The notes below the pieces were generated by a model. That model did no database searches, was not told the DNA's origin, and saw nothing but the letters and a program-made list of their open reading frames with translations. A DNA stretch of 64,000 bases. It comes from Clostridia bacterium (GTDB lineage: Bacteria > Bacillota > Clostridia > TANB77 > CAG-508). The stretch spans positions 733-64,732 of the forward strand of contig JAZSDU010000048.1 in assembly GCA_045531335.1 (NCBI GenBank), in the 5' to 3' direction. Position 1 is the stretch's first letter; each line of letters starts with the position of its first letter. Shown here piece after piece: positions 47,417 through 56,742 of the stretch. The translations under genes were made by a program, and so were the position numbers.

Positions 47417-48582
47417 TTGTTTCTCCTTTTGTATTATAGGTTTTATAATAATCTTTAACTATTTTTTTATTATAAAACACTGCCAATATTTCTAACACAA
47501 ATATAAAAATAAATATTTTTTCTTTTATATATATCGCTATAATTGATAGTATGGCAAGTATTATTAATTCAGTAAAACATAGCCACATCTCTGATAGAGT
47601 TGATAATTTATCATTATCTAAATTAGATTCTTTTATCATTGTTTGTTGTGAAGTATTATAAGAGATTTCATATGCTTTTTGCGCATTATCATATATCATT
47701 TTATTTACAGATATAATAAATTTATCTTTTACGATTATGAAAATTCCTGTAATTAAAATTTTTATAATTGATATAATGTTATTAGCCTTTTTCATATTCT
47801 TGTCCATATAAAAACCGTGAAGCAAACATTATTATGCTTTGTATTGCTAATGAAACTATTATTACTACAGAAAATGTAACAAAATCTTTTAATGCTATAT
47901 AAACATATAATGGTAGAAAAAGTCTTTCTATTACATCACATGCTTTTATTGCACTTATTTCTCTAGCTGGAGTTTTTATCCTTATTAAATCTTTAATCGT
48001 TTCTGTGAATTTTTGTTTATTTTTATCTTCTGGCTTATAGTCCATCTTTTTTGCAAAATACAATTGTAATGCAAAAGCTAGCATTACTAAAATCATGGTA
48101 TACACACTATCTTCTGCAACAACACCTATTGTTATTGCCGCTGTTGCCAAAGCTGTTCCCAAAATGTTTGATATCATTCTTAAACTATTGTATTTGCCTC
48201 TATGCTTTTCATCAATATATCTAGCTGACATTGCATTTCCTATTGGATTTGATAATGCGCCTGATAATCCCATAGTTATTGTAAAAATTATTATATTGTA
48301 GTTATTTGTTATTAACATATAGCTACTTATTATTCTACATATATTAGCTAAAAATCTACAAAATGTTACTCCATATCTTGATGCAATTTTTATATATAGT
48401 GGAGAAAAAAGTCCCATTATTCCAAATCTTAGTCCATATATTAATAATATTAGATGTATAGGTATCCCATTTTTATACAGCATTACTGTTCCAAATATAT
48501 CAATTAATGCATTACCAAATCTAAATGAAAATTCTGTTAAATATAAATATGTATATTCTTTTTTGTACAAATAATCTTTCAT
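47409..48582 (-). CDS. MFS-type transporter, paralogue 2, two ORFs joined by a +1 shift at a CGG codon
   Basis: ORF 47782..48582 ends ...MFASRFLYGQEYEKG-stop. The +1 frame after CGG gives ...FAS-GFYMDKNMKK..., which is ORF 47409..47825. Confidence 0.7.
47815..47817 (-). other. in-frame CGG at a +1 frame junction (MFS paralogue 2)
   Basis: gct tca C ggt ttt tat atg. Confidence 0.8.
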
Positions 48583-48598
48583 CTTTTCCCTCGTATAA

Positions 48599-49786
48599 TT
48601 AATCTTTATATAACTCTTTTGCGTAAAGTACTATGCAAATTGTAACAATTAGTAACAAAATTTTAAAATATATTATATTGTCTGAAAAACTAATTATAAA
48701 TAATGTCAAATATCCTAGTAGTCTTGAAATTGCAAGAACAGTCTCAGAAATTACTTGATGCTCTACTAAAAATTTTTCCTTTATTTCTTTGTAACCCTCT
48801 GTGCAATTGTATCTTTTCATATCTGCATAATTTATAAGCAACACCATGAAAATACTGTTTGCTAAATTATATATTATTACTGTTGTCTTATCTATTTTAA
48901 ACAACAAACATATTACACTTAATGCTAAGATAGCTGCACATATAAATATAAATTTTTTAGGGTTTTTATTTTTGTATGCTTTATGAAATATGTATACTGA
49001 AAATATAGAAAATATTGCAAATATTGTTGTTAGTATTCCTAAATTTAAAGTTGTTTTAAATGTCATTACTATAACAATTGTTATTAAAGTAGCAAGTAAA
49101 TAATGTACTATACCTTCATATATCATTACTTTATATAAAGTTTTTACTTTTTTAGCTTCATTTTTTTTTATATATGATATATATTTTATAATATTAAAAT
49201 TTTCTTTTTTATCAGTTTTATCTTCTTTTATAAGTAAAGAAAAAGCAAATTGTGTAATTGATATAGGAATAATTATTTTAGCTATATAAAAAAATGATGT
49301 AAGTTCAATTGATGCTCCAAATAGTACTGGAAATATAATATTACATATTTTACCTATAATAGACTTTATAGATACAAACTTTTTGCTTATTCTCTCTTCT
49401 CCTGCTGTTTCGTTTACAAGTGTATGTCCAGCAGACCAAAAGAATCCTTGAACTATACCATAGTAAAATCCTAATAATATATAATGATCTAGTATTTTTT
49501 CTTTCAAAAATGCTATTGTTAATATGTATATACAATATAACACTATTCCAGTTCTATATACAGCTACCTTACTTTTGGTTTTAATAACATCTCCTAATAG
49601 CCAAAAGCATAAGGGTATAGCTATAAATGAAGCAATATAATACAGTGATATTATTTTATAATCATAATTTGTAACAGTAAAAAAATATGCTACCATAAAA
49701 GTGTTAATAAACATATATAAAATATTGTTTATAGCATTTGTTCCTATTAACCCTATTGAATTTCTAGTTAATTTATCTTTTGTCAT
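48599..49786 (-). CDS. MFS-type transporter, paralogue 3
   Basis: 395 aa, polytopic. Confidence 0.6.
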   Translation of the reverse strand: MTKDKLTRNSIGLIGTNAINNILYMFINTFMVAYFFTVTNYDYKIISLYYIASFIAIPLCFWLLGDVIKTKSKVAVYRTGIVLYCIYILTIAFLKEKILDHYILLGFYYGIVQGFFWSAGHTLVNETAGEERISKKFVSIKSIIGKICNIIFPVLFGASIELTSFFYIAKIIIPISITQFAFSLLIKEDKTDKKENFNIIKYISYIKKNEAKKVKTLYKVMIYEGIVHYLLATLITIVIVMTFKTTLNLGILTTIFAIFSIFSVYIFHKAYKNKNPKKFIFICAAILALSVICLLFKIDKTTVIIYNLANSIFMVLLINYADMKRYNCTEGYKEIKEKFLVEHQVISETVLAISRLLGYLTLFIISFSDNIIYFKILLLIVTICIVLYAKELYKD

Positions 49787-49813
49787 TTTTATCTCCTTTG
49801 TGATTTGTTAATT

Positions 49814-50356
49814 CTATTTTGAGTATTCTTTTATTTCACAATTTCCCATCATCTTTTGTTTTTCTATATCTCCATCTTCAGGTATGCCATTAAAGTAACA
49901 CTCTACAGCTTTCGACACTCCTCCGTGTGTTACTAATAAAATTTTTTCATTGTTATTATAGTTACTCTCTAATTCATTTAAAAAATCATATATTCTTTTA
50001 AAAAATTGTTTTGAACTTTCCCCTTTTTCTACTTTTTCATCTATATAATAATTCATCAATCTTTTTATATCTATCTCTCTTGTACTGCATCCTTCAAGTA
50101 TTCCATAATTTCTTTCACGTATTCTTTCATCATATATAATTGGTATATTTTTATCTTCATTTATAATTTTTGCAGTTTCTTTTGCTCTATCTAAGGTACT
50201 ACATATTATAAAGTCTATATCTAAATTGTTAAAAATATTTTTAGCTTGTTTTGCCTGTTCAATCCCTTTATTGTTTAACTGTATATCTGCTTTTCCTTGA
50301 AGTTTATGTGTTATATTCCATTCTGTTTGTCCATGCCTAATTATATATAAATTCAT
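49814..50356 (-). CDS. histidine phosphatase (phosphoglycerate mutase family)
   Basis: LYIIRHGQTEWN catalytic RHG motif and ...VTHGG.... Confidence 0.8.
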   Translation of the reverse strand: MNLYIIRHGQTEWNITHKLQGKADIQLNNKGIEQAKQAKNIFNNLDIDFIICSTLDRAKETAKIINEDKNIPIIYDERIRERNYGILEGCSTREIDIKRLMNYYIDEKVEKGESSKQFFKRIYDFLNELESNYNNNEKILLVTHGGVSKAVECYFNGIPEDGDIEKQKMMGNCEIKEYSK

Positions 50357-50372
50357 TTTGCAGAATCTCCTT

Positions 50373-51618
50373 TTATATATTTATTTCTTCTTTTTGTATT
50401 TGTTTATCTTTATATTTAAATAATGAAAAGAATTTGATTATTAATAATATTTCAATAATTCCTATACAAGTCATACCTAACATTACATATATCATTTCTA
50501 TTTTTAAAAGTGTAGCAGATATTATGAGTCCTAAACTACAAATACCAAGTTTCCTAGAAAAATGTAACCATGTTAATGCTGATTGTTGTTTGTTAGTTTC
50601 AGTATGTTTTAATACTAAATCTTGAAAATAAAGTTTTACAGGATCTCTTACTGCAAGTATTATAAAGAATCCTATAGACATAATTATAAATTTTAAAATC
50701 AATGCAGTATTTATATAAAATCCAATACATAAAAATATAAATGATAATCCAAGCATTGTTATTAATATTAACCCAACTTTATCTTTTAATTTGTAATATA
50801 TTTTACCAAACGCTATATTAGAAGCAATTCTCATTATTCTAGATATTGCAACAATTAAACTTAAATATGTAACTGTTAAATTTTCACTAAAATTTTTAAA
50901 CAATTCATTTTGTATAAAAACTTTTCCATTTAGCTGACCATTTGTTATTAATGCATAACTTATTCCATATAAAACAAACATAATTAAAATTTCTTTAGTA
51001 AATTTATTGTTTTTTGTTCTGTTTTTAGTTTTTTCTAATTTATCATTTACAGATACATCTTTAATTAAAAATGATATTATAAAGCAAATTATACATGTAA
51101 TTATACATAAATACATAGGAAGATAATTATTGTAATTAAATAGAGATCCTGCTACAAATGCTATAATTGCAGTAAGTATTGAATACATCGTAGTAGCTTT
51201 ATTTCTTTCCCTTATAAAATCCTCTTCAGTTCCTTCTACTATTAAATTATTTTTCAAAATAATAGCTTCCATATTTTTAAATACCCAAGCTGCCTCGTAT
51301 ATTATTTTTCCTAATAAAATAATTGGATATGAATTACCAAATGTAATAAATATTGCAGATACTAGCAAAAGAAATGTACCAAATCTTGTTGATTTTGTAT
51401 TTCCTAGTTTTTCTACCATTTTTAGCAAAGGAGCTTGTATAAAAATACAAACTAGTGTTGCTATCGTTGATAAAAATGCAATCTCAGCAGGTGATAATCC
51501 TTTTACTATAGCTAAAAACAAACTGTCTATTGCTATGTAAAACATTAAATCGCCGTGATAATGCTACAAAAATTGGATTTAATTTTTTAAAAAACTTTAT
51601 ATATCTTTTTTGTTCCAT
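50373..51618 (-). CDS. MFS-type transporter, paralogue 4, with a 22-codon N-terminal segment joined by a +1 shift at a CGG codon
   Basis: ATG 51618 behind a GAGGAAAAA RBS gives MEQKRYIKFFKKLNPIFVALS-CGG. The +1 frame continues GDLMFYIAIDSLF..., which is ORF 50373..51545. Confidence 0.7.
51553..51555 (-). other. in-frame CGG at a +1 frame junction (MFS paralogue 4)
   Basis: tta tca C ggc gat tta atg. Confidence 0.8.
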
Positions 51619-51720
51619 TTTTTCCTCTAATTCTATAATGTGTTTTATAATCCGTTACAATTTTAGCACAATACATTTTTATTTACAATAATTGACATGA
51701 AAATGAAATATTTATACAAT

Positions 51721-51767
51721 AAAAAAGAAAGACCTATGGGCGGCACTTTAGGTCTTTCTTTTTTTAT
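51721..51767. terminator. bidirectional hairpin terminator
   Basis: AGAAAGACC/GGTCTTTCT stem between A- and T-runs. Confidence 0.55.
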
Positions 51768-52171
51768 GTTGTTTTTACATCTAAGAAAATAATTTGGTTG
51801 GTATTATAATGAAATTTTCGAGAAAAATTTTGAATTATAATTGTACGACCATTCTCATCTACTTTTGCAAAAACCTTTTTGTCTTTTAACTCTTCCAGTT
51901 GCCTAGTGGAATTTTTAAAATCGATTTTTACCTCTTGATAGCTGGTAGTTAACTTGCTTTTTAAACTATTGCTTTTTGATAACATTTTTTTATATTCAAG
52001 TTTTCCCCAAAAATATAAAAAAACTAAATACATACCAATACTTACAATACTTAAAACAATACTTACTACTGTTTTGCTTTTTTCAGAAGAAGCATAACAT
52101 ATAACCGGAAGGCAACATATAATTCCAGCTGCAAAGCTAATTATTTCTTCTTTTAATTTTTTGGTGTCCAT
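51764..52171 (-). CDS. hypothetical membrane protein
   Basis: 135 aa with two N-terminal helices. Confidence 0.4.
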   Translation of the reverse strand: MDTKKLKEEIISFAAGIICCLPVICYASSEKSKTVVSIVLSIVSIGMYLVFLYFWGKLEYKKMLSKSNSLKSKLTTSYQEVKIDFKNSTRQLEELKDKKVFAKVDENGRTIIIQNFSRKFHYNTNQIIFLDVKTT

Positions 52172-52380
52172 AAATATTCTCCTATTACAAAATTATTTGT
52201 ACTAAAAGCTAGCTTGTGCTAGCTATAATACATTTATTATAACTAGCCCGCCCATAGCTAGATTAAATATGGGTATACCAATAACAATATCATTTTATCA
52301 TATATTAACATAATTTTCAACTTTTTACGTCAATCACTATGAAGAGTTAGTTAAAAACCAAAATAATTTCTAATTTTGAT

Positions 52381-52426
52381 AAAAAAAGAAGGAAAAAGGT
52401 GTCTGTCCCCTTTTTCCTTCTTTTTC
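52381..52426. terminator. bidirectional hairpin terminator
   Basis: GAAGGAAAAAGG/CCTTTTTCCTTC stem. Confidence 0.6.
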
Positions 52427-52433
52427 TATTCTG

Positions 52434-53510
52434 TTATTTAACATATTCATTTAATGCTTTTGTTTTAAAATTTAGTTCTCCTATTTGTGAGGTTGGTATA
52501 AATCCTGGTTTTGCATTTATTAAGTCCGGTAATCTATTTACAATTGTAGCACATGTTAACTCTACTGTTGCAGGTCTTGCTACTGTTATCGTTGTATCTG
52601 GTTCTCCATATACTGTCCATTCATTTTTATCATAATCTTCACTTGAGTATACTTTACCAATACATTCAGATTCTATTGTTATTCCTTCCTCAGTTTCTGT
52701 TGTAACTATTGCGCTCATCCCTGTTGCATCACCTGCTTTAACTGTTTCTCCAAGTGTATCAGAATAAATATCTTCTTTATGTGTTGTAGGAACTGTTACT
52801 TGTGTTTGTGATTTTACTTTTAATCCTAATTTATCACATAACCAACCATTTACATTCCACATATATGATGGTAAATATTCTCCTGCTTTTATTATTTTTT
52901 GTCTTTCTTCATCACTTATTTTGTCTACTGATGCTACTTGTTCTTCAAATTCTTGCATTGTAAGTCCTGATCCATGAGCTCTTGCTAATGCTATTCCATA
53001 GTCTTCTACATTATAACTTGAACTACCTTTTATTTTTGTAATTTTTTGCGTTGAACCACAAATACTTGTTATTAATTGTCCCCAATATATGTCTTGGTAC
53101 CCACTACCTGTTATTGTACATCCTGTTTGTTTTACAAGGTCATCTATTTTTTTAGTTAAGCTCGGATTTGAATTCCAAGAATAAAATGCTTCTTCGCATG
53201 TTGTAATTGCATTTATTCCAAGTTTTGCACATAGCATTAGTGGTTCCTCTAAATCGCTTAATAAACTCATTGTTTCTACTATACATACATCCGGTTTTGT
53301 TTCTTTAAGCATATTTTCCGCATCTTTAAAGTCAATTACTTTTACTCCTAAATTTTCGGTGCCTATTATTTGTCCTATATCTTTTCCTATAACTGTAGGA
53401 TCTACATCAATTGCTCCTACTACTTCTCCACCTTTTTCTAAAACATACCTCATAGTATATTTTGCCATTTTACCTGTACCTATTTGTACAACTTTTACTT
53501 TTTTATCCAT
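52434..53510 (-). CDS. DapB-like NAD(P)-dependent amine dehydrogenase (2,4-diaminopentanoate dehydrogenase-like)
   Basis: N-terminal Rossmann fold VKVVQIGTGKMAKYTMRY; about 358 aa. The family assignment is from memory of similar Clostridial enzymes. Confidence 0.45.
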   Translation of the reverse strand: MDKKVKVVQIGTGKMAKYTMRYVLEKGGEVVGAIDVDPTVIGKDIGQIIGTENLGVKVIDFKDAENMLKETKPDVCIVETMSLLSDLEEPLMLCAKLGINAITTCEEAFYSWNSNPSLTKKIDDLVKQTGCTITGSGYQDIYWGQLITSICGSTQKITKIKGSSSYNVEDYGIALARAHGSGLTMQEFEEQVASVDKISDEERQKIIKAGEYLPSYMWNVNGWLCDKLGLKVKSQTQVTVPTTHKEDIYSDTLGETVKAGDATGMSAIVTTETEEGITIESECIGKVYSSEDYDKNEWTVYGEPDTTITVARPATVELTCATIVNRLPDLINAKPGFIPTSQIGELNFKTKALNEYVK

Positions 53511-53546
53511 AAAGATTCCTCCTTATGAATAGTATGTTTAATTTTA

Positions 53547-53855
53547 CTAATTTAATGCATTTAATATATCACTTTTACTTGTAACACCTATAAATCTCTT
53601 ATATTCTATTCCATTTTTAAATACTACTATTGTGGGAATACTCATAACATTATATTTTACAGCAATATCTTGTGCATTATCTACATTTAATTTACCTACT
53701 TTAATATTGCTATTTTCTTCTGCAATTTTATCTATAATTGGTGACATCATTTTGCATGGACCACACCAATCTGCATAAAAATCTACAATAGCTGTTTGGT
53801 CTGAATTTAAAACCTCATTTTCAAAATTTTCGTTTGTTATTTTTAATACGCTCAT
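53547..53855 (-). CDS. trxA: thioredoxin
   Basis: WCGPC active site; 102 aa. Confidence 0.9.
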   Translation of the reverse strand: MSVLKITNENFENEVLNSDQTAIVDFYADWCGPCKMMSPIIDKIAEENSNIKVGKLNVDNAQDIAVKYNVMSIPTIVVFKNGIEYKRFIGVTSKSDILNALN

Positions 53856-53882
53856 TTTATTTCCTCCTTTATATTTATATTC

Positions 53883-53959
53883 TGTAAGGGCGAGGTTCCA
53901 CCCTCGCCCGCAAAATTTTAATTATGTTCTACGGGTCGGGATGGAACCCGACCCCTACA
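53883..53959. repeat. GTAG-headed GC-rich palindrome doublet (REPIN-like), copy F
   Basis: TGTAAGGGCGAGG-ttccacc-CTCGCCCG, AT-rich linker, CGGGTCGGG-atggaa-CCCGACCCCTACA. Ends 21 nt from the trxB stop. Confidence 0.85.
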
Positions 53960-53979
53960 ACCTTTGCAATATAATTCAA

Positions 53980-54843
53980 CTAATCTTTATTCTTCAAATA
54001 TTTAATTGCCTCTAACCCTGCTACTGTACCTTGGTATACCGCTTTTGATATTTGTAATAATCCTTCTGTACAGTCTCCGCATGCATAAATTCCTGGTATA
54101 TTTGTTTCCATCTTTTCATTTACTATTATCTTATTATTTTTAGTAATTATTCCTAATTTTTTTGCAAATTCCTGGCTTCCTGCTATTCCTTCTGCAATAA
54201 ATATTCCATCTGTTTTTAATGTACTGTTATCACTAAATTCTATTTCTTCTGCTCTTAATTCTCCTCTTATTTCTCTAATTTCTTTGTTATTAACTTTTAC
54301 ATTGTCTGCTCTTATTTCTGGAGCATTTTTCCCATTTGTTAATATCGTTATTTCTTTAGTTATATTTATTAAATCATTTGTTTCAGATATTGCGTAATTA
54401 CCGCTTCCAATTACTACAACATTTTTATCTTTATAAAAAAAGCCATCACAAATTGCACAATAGCTGATCCCTTTTCCTTCAAATTCTTTTACTCCTTTAA
54501 TATTAGGTGTATTCTTTTTATTTCCTGTAGCAAGTATTACTACTTTTGAATTATATTTGTTTTTAGATGTTGCAACAGCGAATCCTTCTTCTTCAAATTC
54601 AATTTTTATTACTTCTTCATTTTTTATATCTATATCTAAATTTTTAGCTTGATTTATTCCATCTTCGTATAATTTTTTACCATCTATGCCGTTCTCAAAC
54701 CCATAATAATTTTCTATTTTTTCTGTTTTCTCTAAACTAGATTTGTCATTATATATAATTAATGGATTTAAATTTGCTCGTTTTATATATAGTCCTGATG
54801 TTATTCCTGCCGGCCCTGCTCCTATAATAATCACGTTATACAT
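53980..54843 (-). CDS. trxB: thioredoxin-disulfide reductase-like flavoprotein
   Basis: IIIGAGPAGIT, redox CAICDG, a second GSGNYA fold, and GDC near the C-terminus. Confidence 0.8.
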   Translation of the reverse strand: MYNVIIIGAGPAGITSGLYIKRANLNPLIIYNDKSSLEKTEKIENYYGFENGIDGKKLYEDGINQAKNLDIDIKNEEVIKIEFEEEGFAVATSKNKYNSKVVILATGNKKNTPNIKGVKEFEGKGISYCAICDGFFYKDKNVVVIGSGNYAISETNDLINITKEITILTNGKNAPEIRADNVKVNNKEIREIRGELRAEEIEFSDNSTLKTDGIFIAEGIAGSQEFAKKLGIITKNNKIIVNEKMETNIPGIYACGDCTEGLLQISKAVYQGTVAGLEAIKYLKNKD

Positions 54844-54857
54844 AAAATTCTCTCCTT

Positions 54858-55433
54858 TTATATATTTGTTAGAATTTCAAAATTCTTATGTTTTCTTTTT
54901 TCTCCCCATATATAATTATAAATAATTAATAAATCATTTAATATATCATCATCTTTTTTAGAGGACGACAACACATATACTGAAAACACAACATTCGATA
55001 AATTTATATCAATTTCTGAATTAACAAATCCTAATTTTTCGTAAAACTCTATTCTTCTTCGTCTTATATCGTTTTCTTTTTCGTTTTTACCTAGTCCTGC
55101 TTTTTCTACTTCTGCAAATAAACCATAATATTTTTCACTAATTATTTTATTTAATTCTTTTATAGCTTGTTTTCCAAATCCTTTACATTGATATATAGGT
55201 AATATAGCTAAAAAATCTAACAATACATATCTACTATCTCCATTTGCAGTTTGAGTTATAATAAATCCTACAAGTTTGTTTTTCTCTATTATTTTATAAA
55301 AATTTGTAACTTTATTATTATAACCACGTTTTAAAATCTTATATGATTTCCTTTCTGCACTAGGAAATATCTTTTTATAATGTTTATAAATATCTTTCTT
55401 AAATTCATTAATTTCTATAAGCTTTAATTTCAT
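54858..55433 (-). CDS. GNAT-family N-acetyltransferase
   Basis: ...ILPIYQCKGFGKQAIKEL... (acetyl-CoA binding motif A). Confidence 0.65.
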   Translation of the reverse strand: MKLKLIEINEFKKDIYKHYKKIFPSAERKSYKILKRGYNNKVTNFYKIIEKNKLVGFIITQTANGDSRYVLLDFLAILPIYQCKGFGKQAIKELNKIISEKYYGLFAEVEKAGLGKNEKENDIRRRRIEFYEKLGFVNSEIDINLSNVVFSVYVLSSSKKDDDILNDLLIIYNYIWGEKRKHKNFEILTNI

Positions 55434-55445
55434 TTATTTACCTCT

Positions 55446-56234
55446 TTAGTGATTATAAATTTCTTCTTTTTCTTCAATTTTATTATTCTCTTGTTTAATC
55501 TCTTGTTTATTTTTCAATAAACAATATATTCCATAGACCGTATAAAATGGCATTGTTGCTTGAGCTATTATCATTACTAGTGGGAATATTTTTCCTGTAT
55601 TATTGTATATTATCTCTATGTATGTTCCTGGATAGTTTTGTGATATAAACATCAAATTACTATCGCATTTCAAATTAACAACATATGCAACAGCACTTAT
55701 TATAACTATTATTGCAGAATAATAAATAATATCTCTCTTTTCTATTGTTGTATATTTTGTAATTAGCATTAATAAACCTATATATACCATTATTCCATGT
55801 AACACAAAACTATGTATGCTTATGTAATGAATCATTGGATAACTTGTTAAAGATGTAAGTGGATATAGTAAAAATATTAATCCTGCTATTATTCCTCCAG
55901 TAGATAAAAAAACATCTCCCATTTCCTTTAATGTCCCTTTGCAGTATCCACTAAATATTCCTGCGTATAAAATAAGGCTACAAAAATATAATGGAACATA
56001 TTTGTTTACAGCATCAATTCCATAGTTTTTTATATTGAATATAATTTTTATTATTTCCAATATCCATAAAAAAATTGTAGTTTTTCTAATTAATTTTTTC
56101 ACATTTTCTTTTTCCATATTTTTGGTAAATTTAAGAGCAATCACCACACAAATTGTTGTTATTGCTAGTAATATAAAATGCTCTATTGAAAACATACCAC
56201 ATGGGATTACTTCATTAGCACTTTTAAATAACAT
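55446..56234 (-). CDS. polytopic membrane protein (possibly YwaF/TMEM164-like)
   Basis: 262 aa with about 7 helices. The family guess is weak. Confidence 0.35.
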   Translation of the reverse strand: MLFKSANEVIPCGMFSIEHFILLAITTICVVIALKFTKNMEKENVKKLIRKTTIFLWILEIIKIIFNIKNYGIDAVNKYVPLYFCSLILYAGIFSGYCKGTLKEMGDVFLSTGGIIAGLIFLLYPLTSLTSYPMIHYISIHSFVLHGIMVYIGLLMLITKYTTIEKRDIIYYSAIIVIISAVAYVVNLKCDSNLMFISQNYPGTYIEIIYNNTGKIFPLVMIIAQATMPFYTVYGIYCLLKNKQEIKQENNKIEEKEEIYNH

Positions 56235-56344
56235 ATTTTAGTACACCTCTTTGCTACATCTATTATAATATTTATATTTTTAAATTTCTCTTCTATTCAT
56301 GGTTATATTATCATATTTGTTTTAAAAAAGAAAGTATGCTAATT

Positions 56345-56385
56345 AAATTTTCAATCATCACATTTTTGTGATGATTGAAAATTTA
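56345..56385. terminator. strong perfect hairpin
   Basis: AAATTTTCAATCATCACA/TGTGATGATTGAAAATTT (18-bp stem). Confidence 0.55.
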
Positions 56386-56413
56386 AACTTAAGAACCTTT
56401 GTTTGTTTTTGTG

Positions 56414-56442
56414 TTGACATTTTAATTTAATAATTGTATAAT
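56414..56442 (+). promoter_or_regulatory. perfect-consensus sigma-A promoter (toxin mRNA)
   Basis: TTGACA-17 nt-TATAAT. Confidence 0.65.
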
Positions 56443-56512
56443 TTTGGAAGAAAACAAGGAAAGCAGAATGTGGTGTCATCTCATATTTCTTAAGGAAAGT
56501 GAGGTGATTTGT

Positions 56513-56650
56513 ATGTTAGAAGAAGTTTTATTACAATTATTGATTTTATCTTTAATTAACAATATAGCTTTTGCTCTCATCTCTCTTATTTTAATTATAG
56601 CTCTGGTTATAATTACATATAAAGAGAATCACATCTCTGCTAGTCATTAG
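56513..56650 (+). CDS. candidate type I toxin, 45-aa hydrophobic peptide
   Basis: GAGGTGA RBS 5 nt before the ATG. MLEEVLLQLLILSLINNIAFALISLILIIALVIITYKENHISASH has one TM helix and a polar tail. The SD can pair with the upstream UCAUCUCA. Confidence 0.5.
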   Translation: MLEEVLLQLLILSLINNIAFALISLILIIALVIITYKENHISASH

Positions 56651-56701
56651 AGATGTGATTCAAAATCAATCCTGATGGCACCACATTTTGTGGACCTTGT
56701 T
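56612..56701 (-). ncRNA. candidate antisense antitoxin RNA overlapping the toxin 3' end
   Basis: Starts about 7 nt after a perfect minus-strand promoter. Contains the 13-bp stem GAATCACATCTCT/AGAGATGTGATTC followed on the minus strand by UCUUUAUAU. Confidence 0.4.
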
Positions 56702-56707
56702 TTCTTT

Positions 56708-56736
56708 ATTATATTATTTTTATATCATTTTGTCAA
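56708..56736 (-). promoter_or_regulatory. perfect-consensus sigma-A promoter (antisense RNA)
   Basis: Minus strand TTGACA-17 nt-TATAAT, convergent with 56414-56442. Confidence 0.6.
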
Positions 56737-56742
56737 ATCATT

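Noticed and set aside
56444-56512. Longer 68-aa reading of the toxin ORF starting at TTG 56444
   Set aside because: That codon lies at or upstream of the predicted transcription start and has no RBS. The internal ATG at 56513 follows GAGGTGA.
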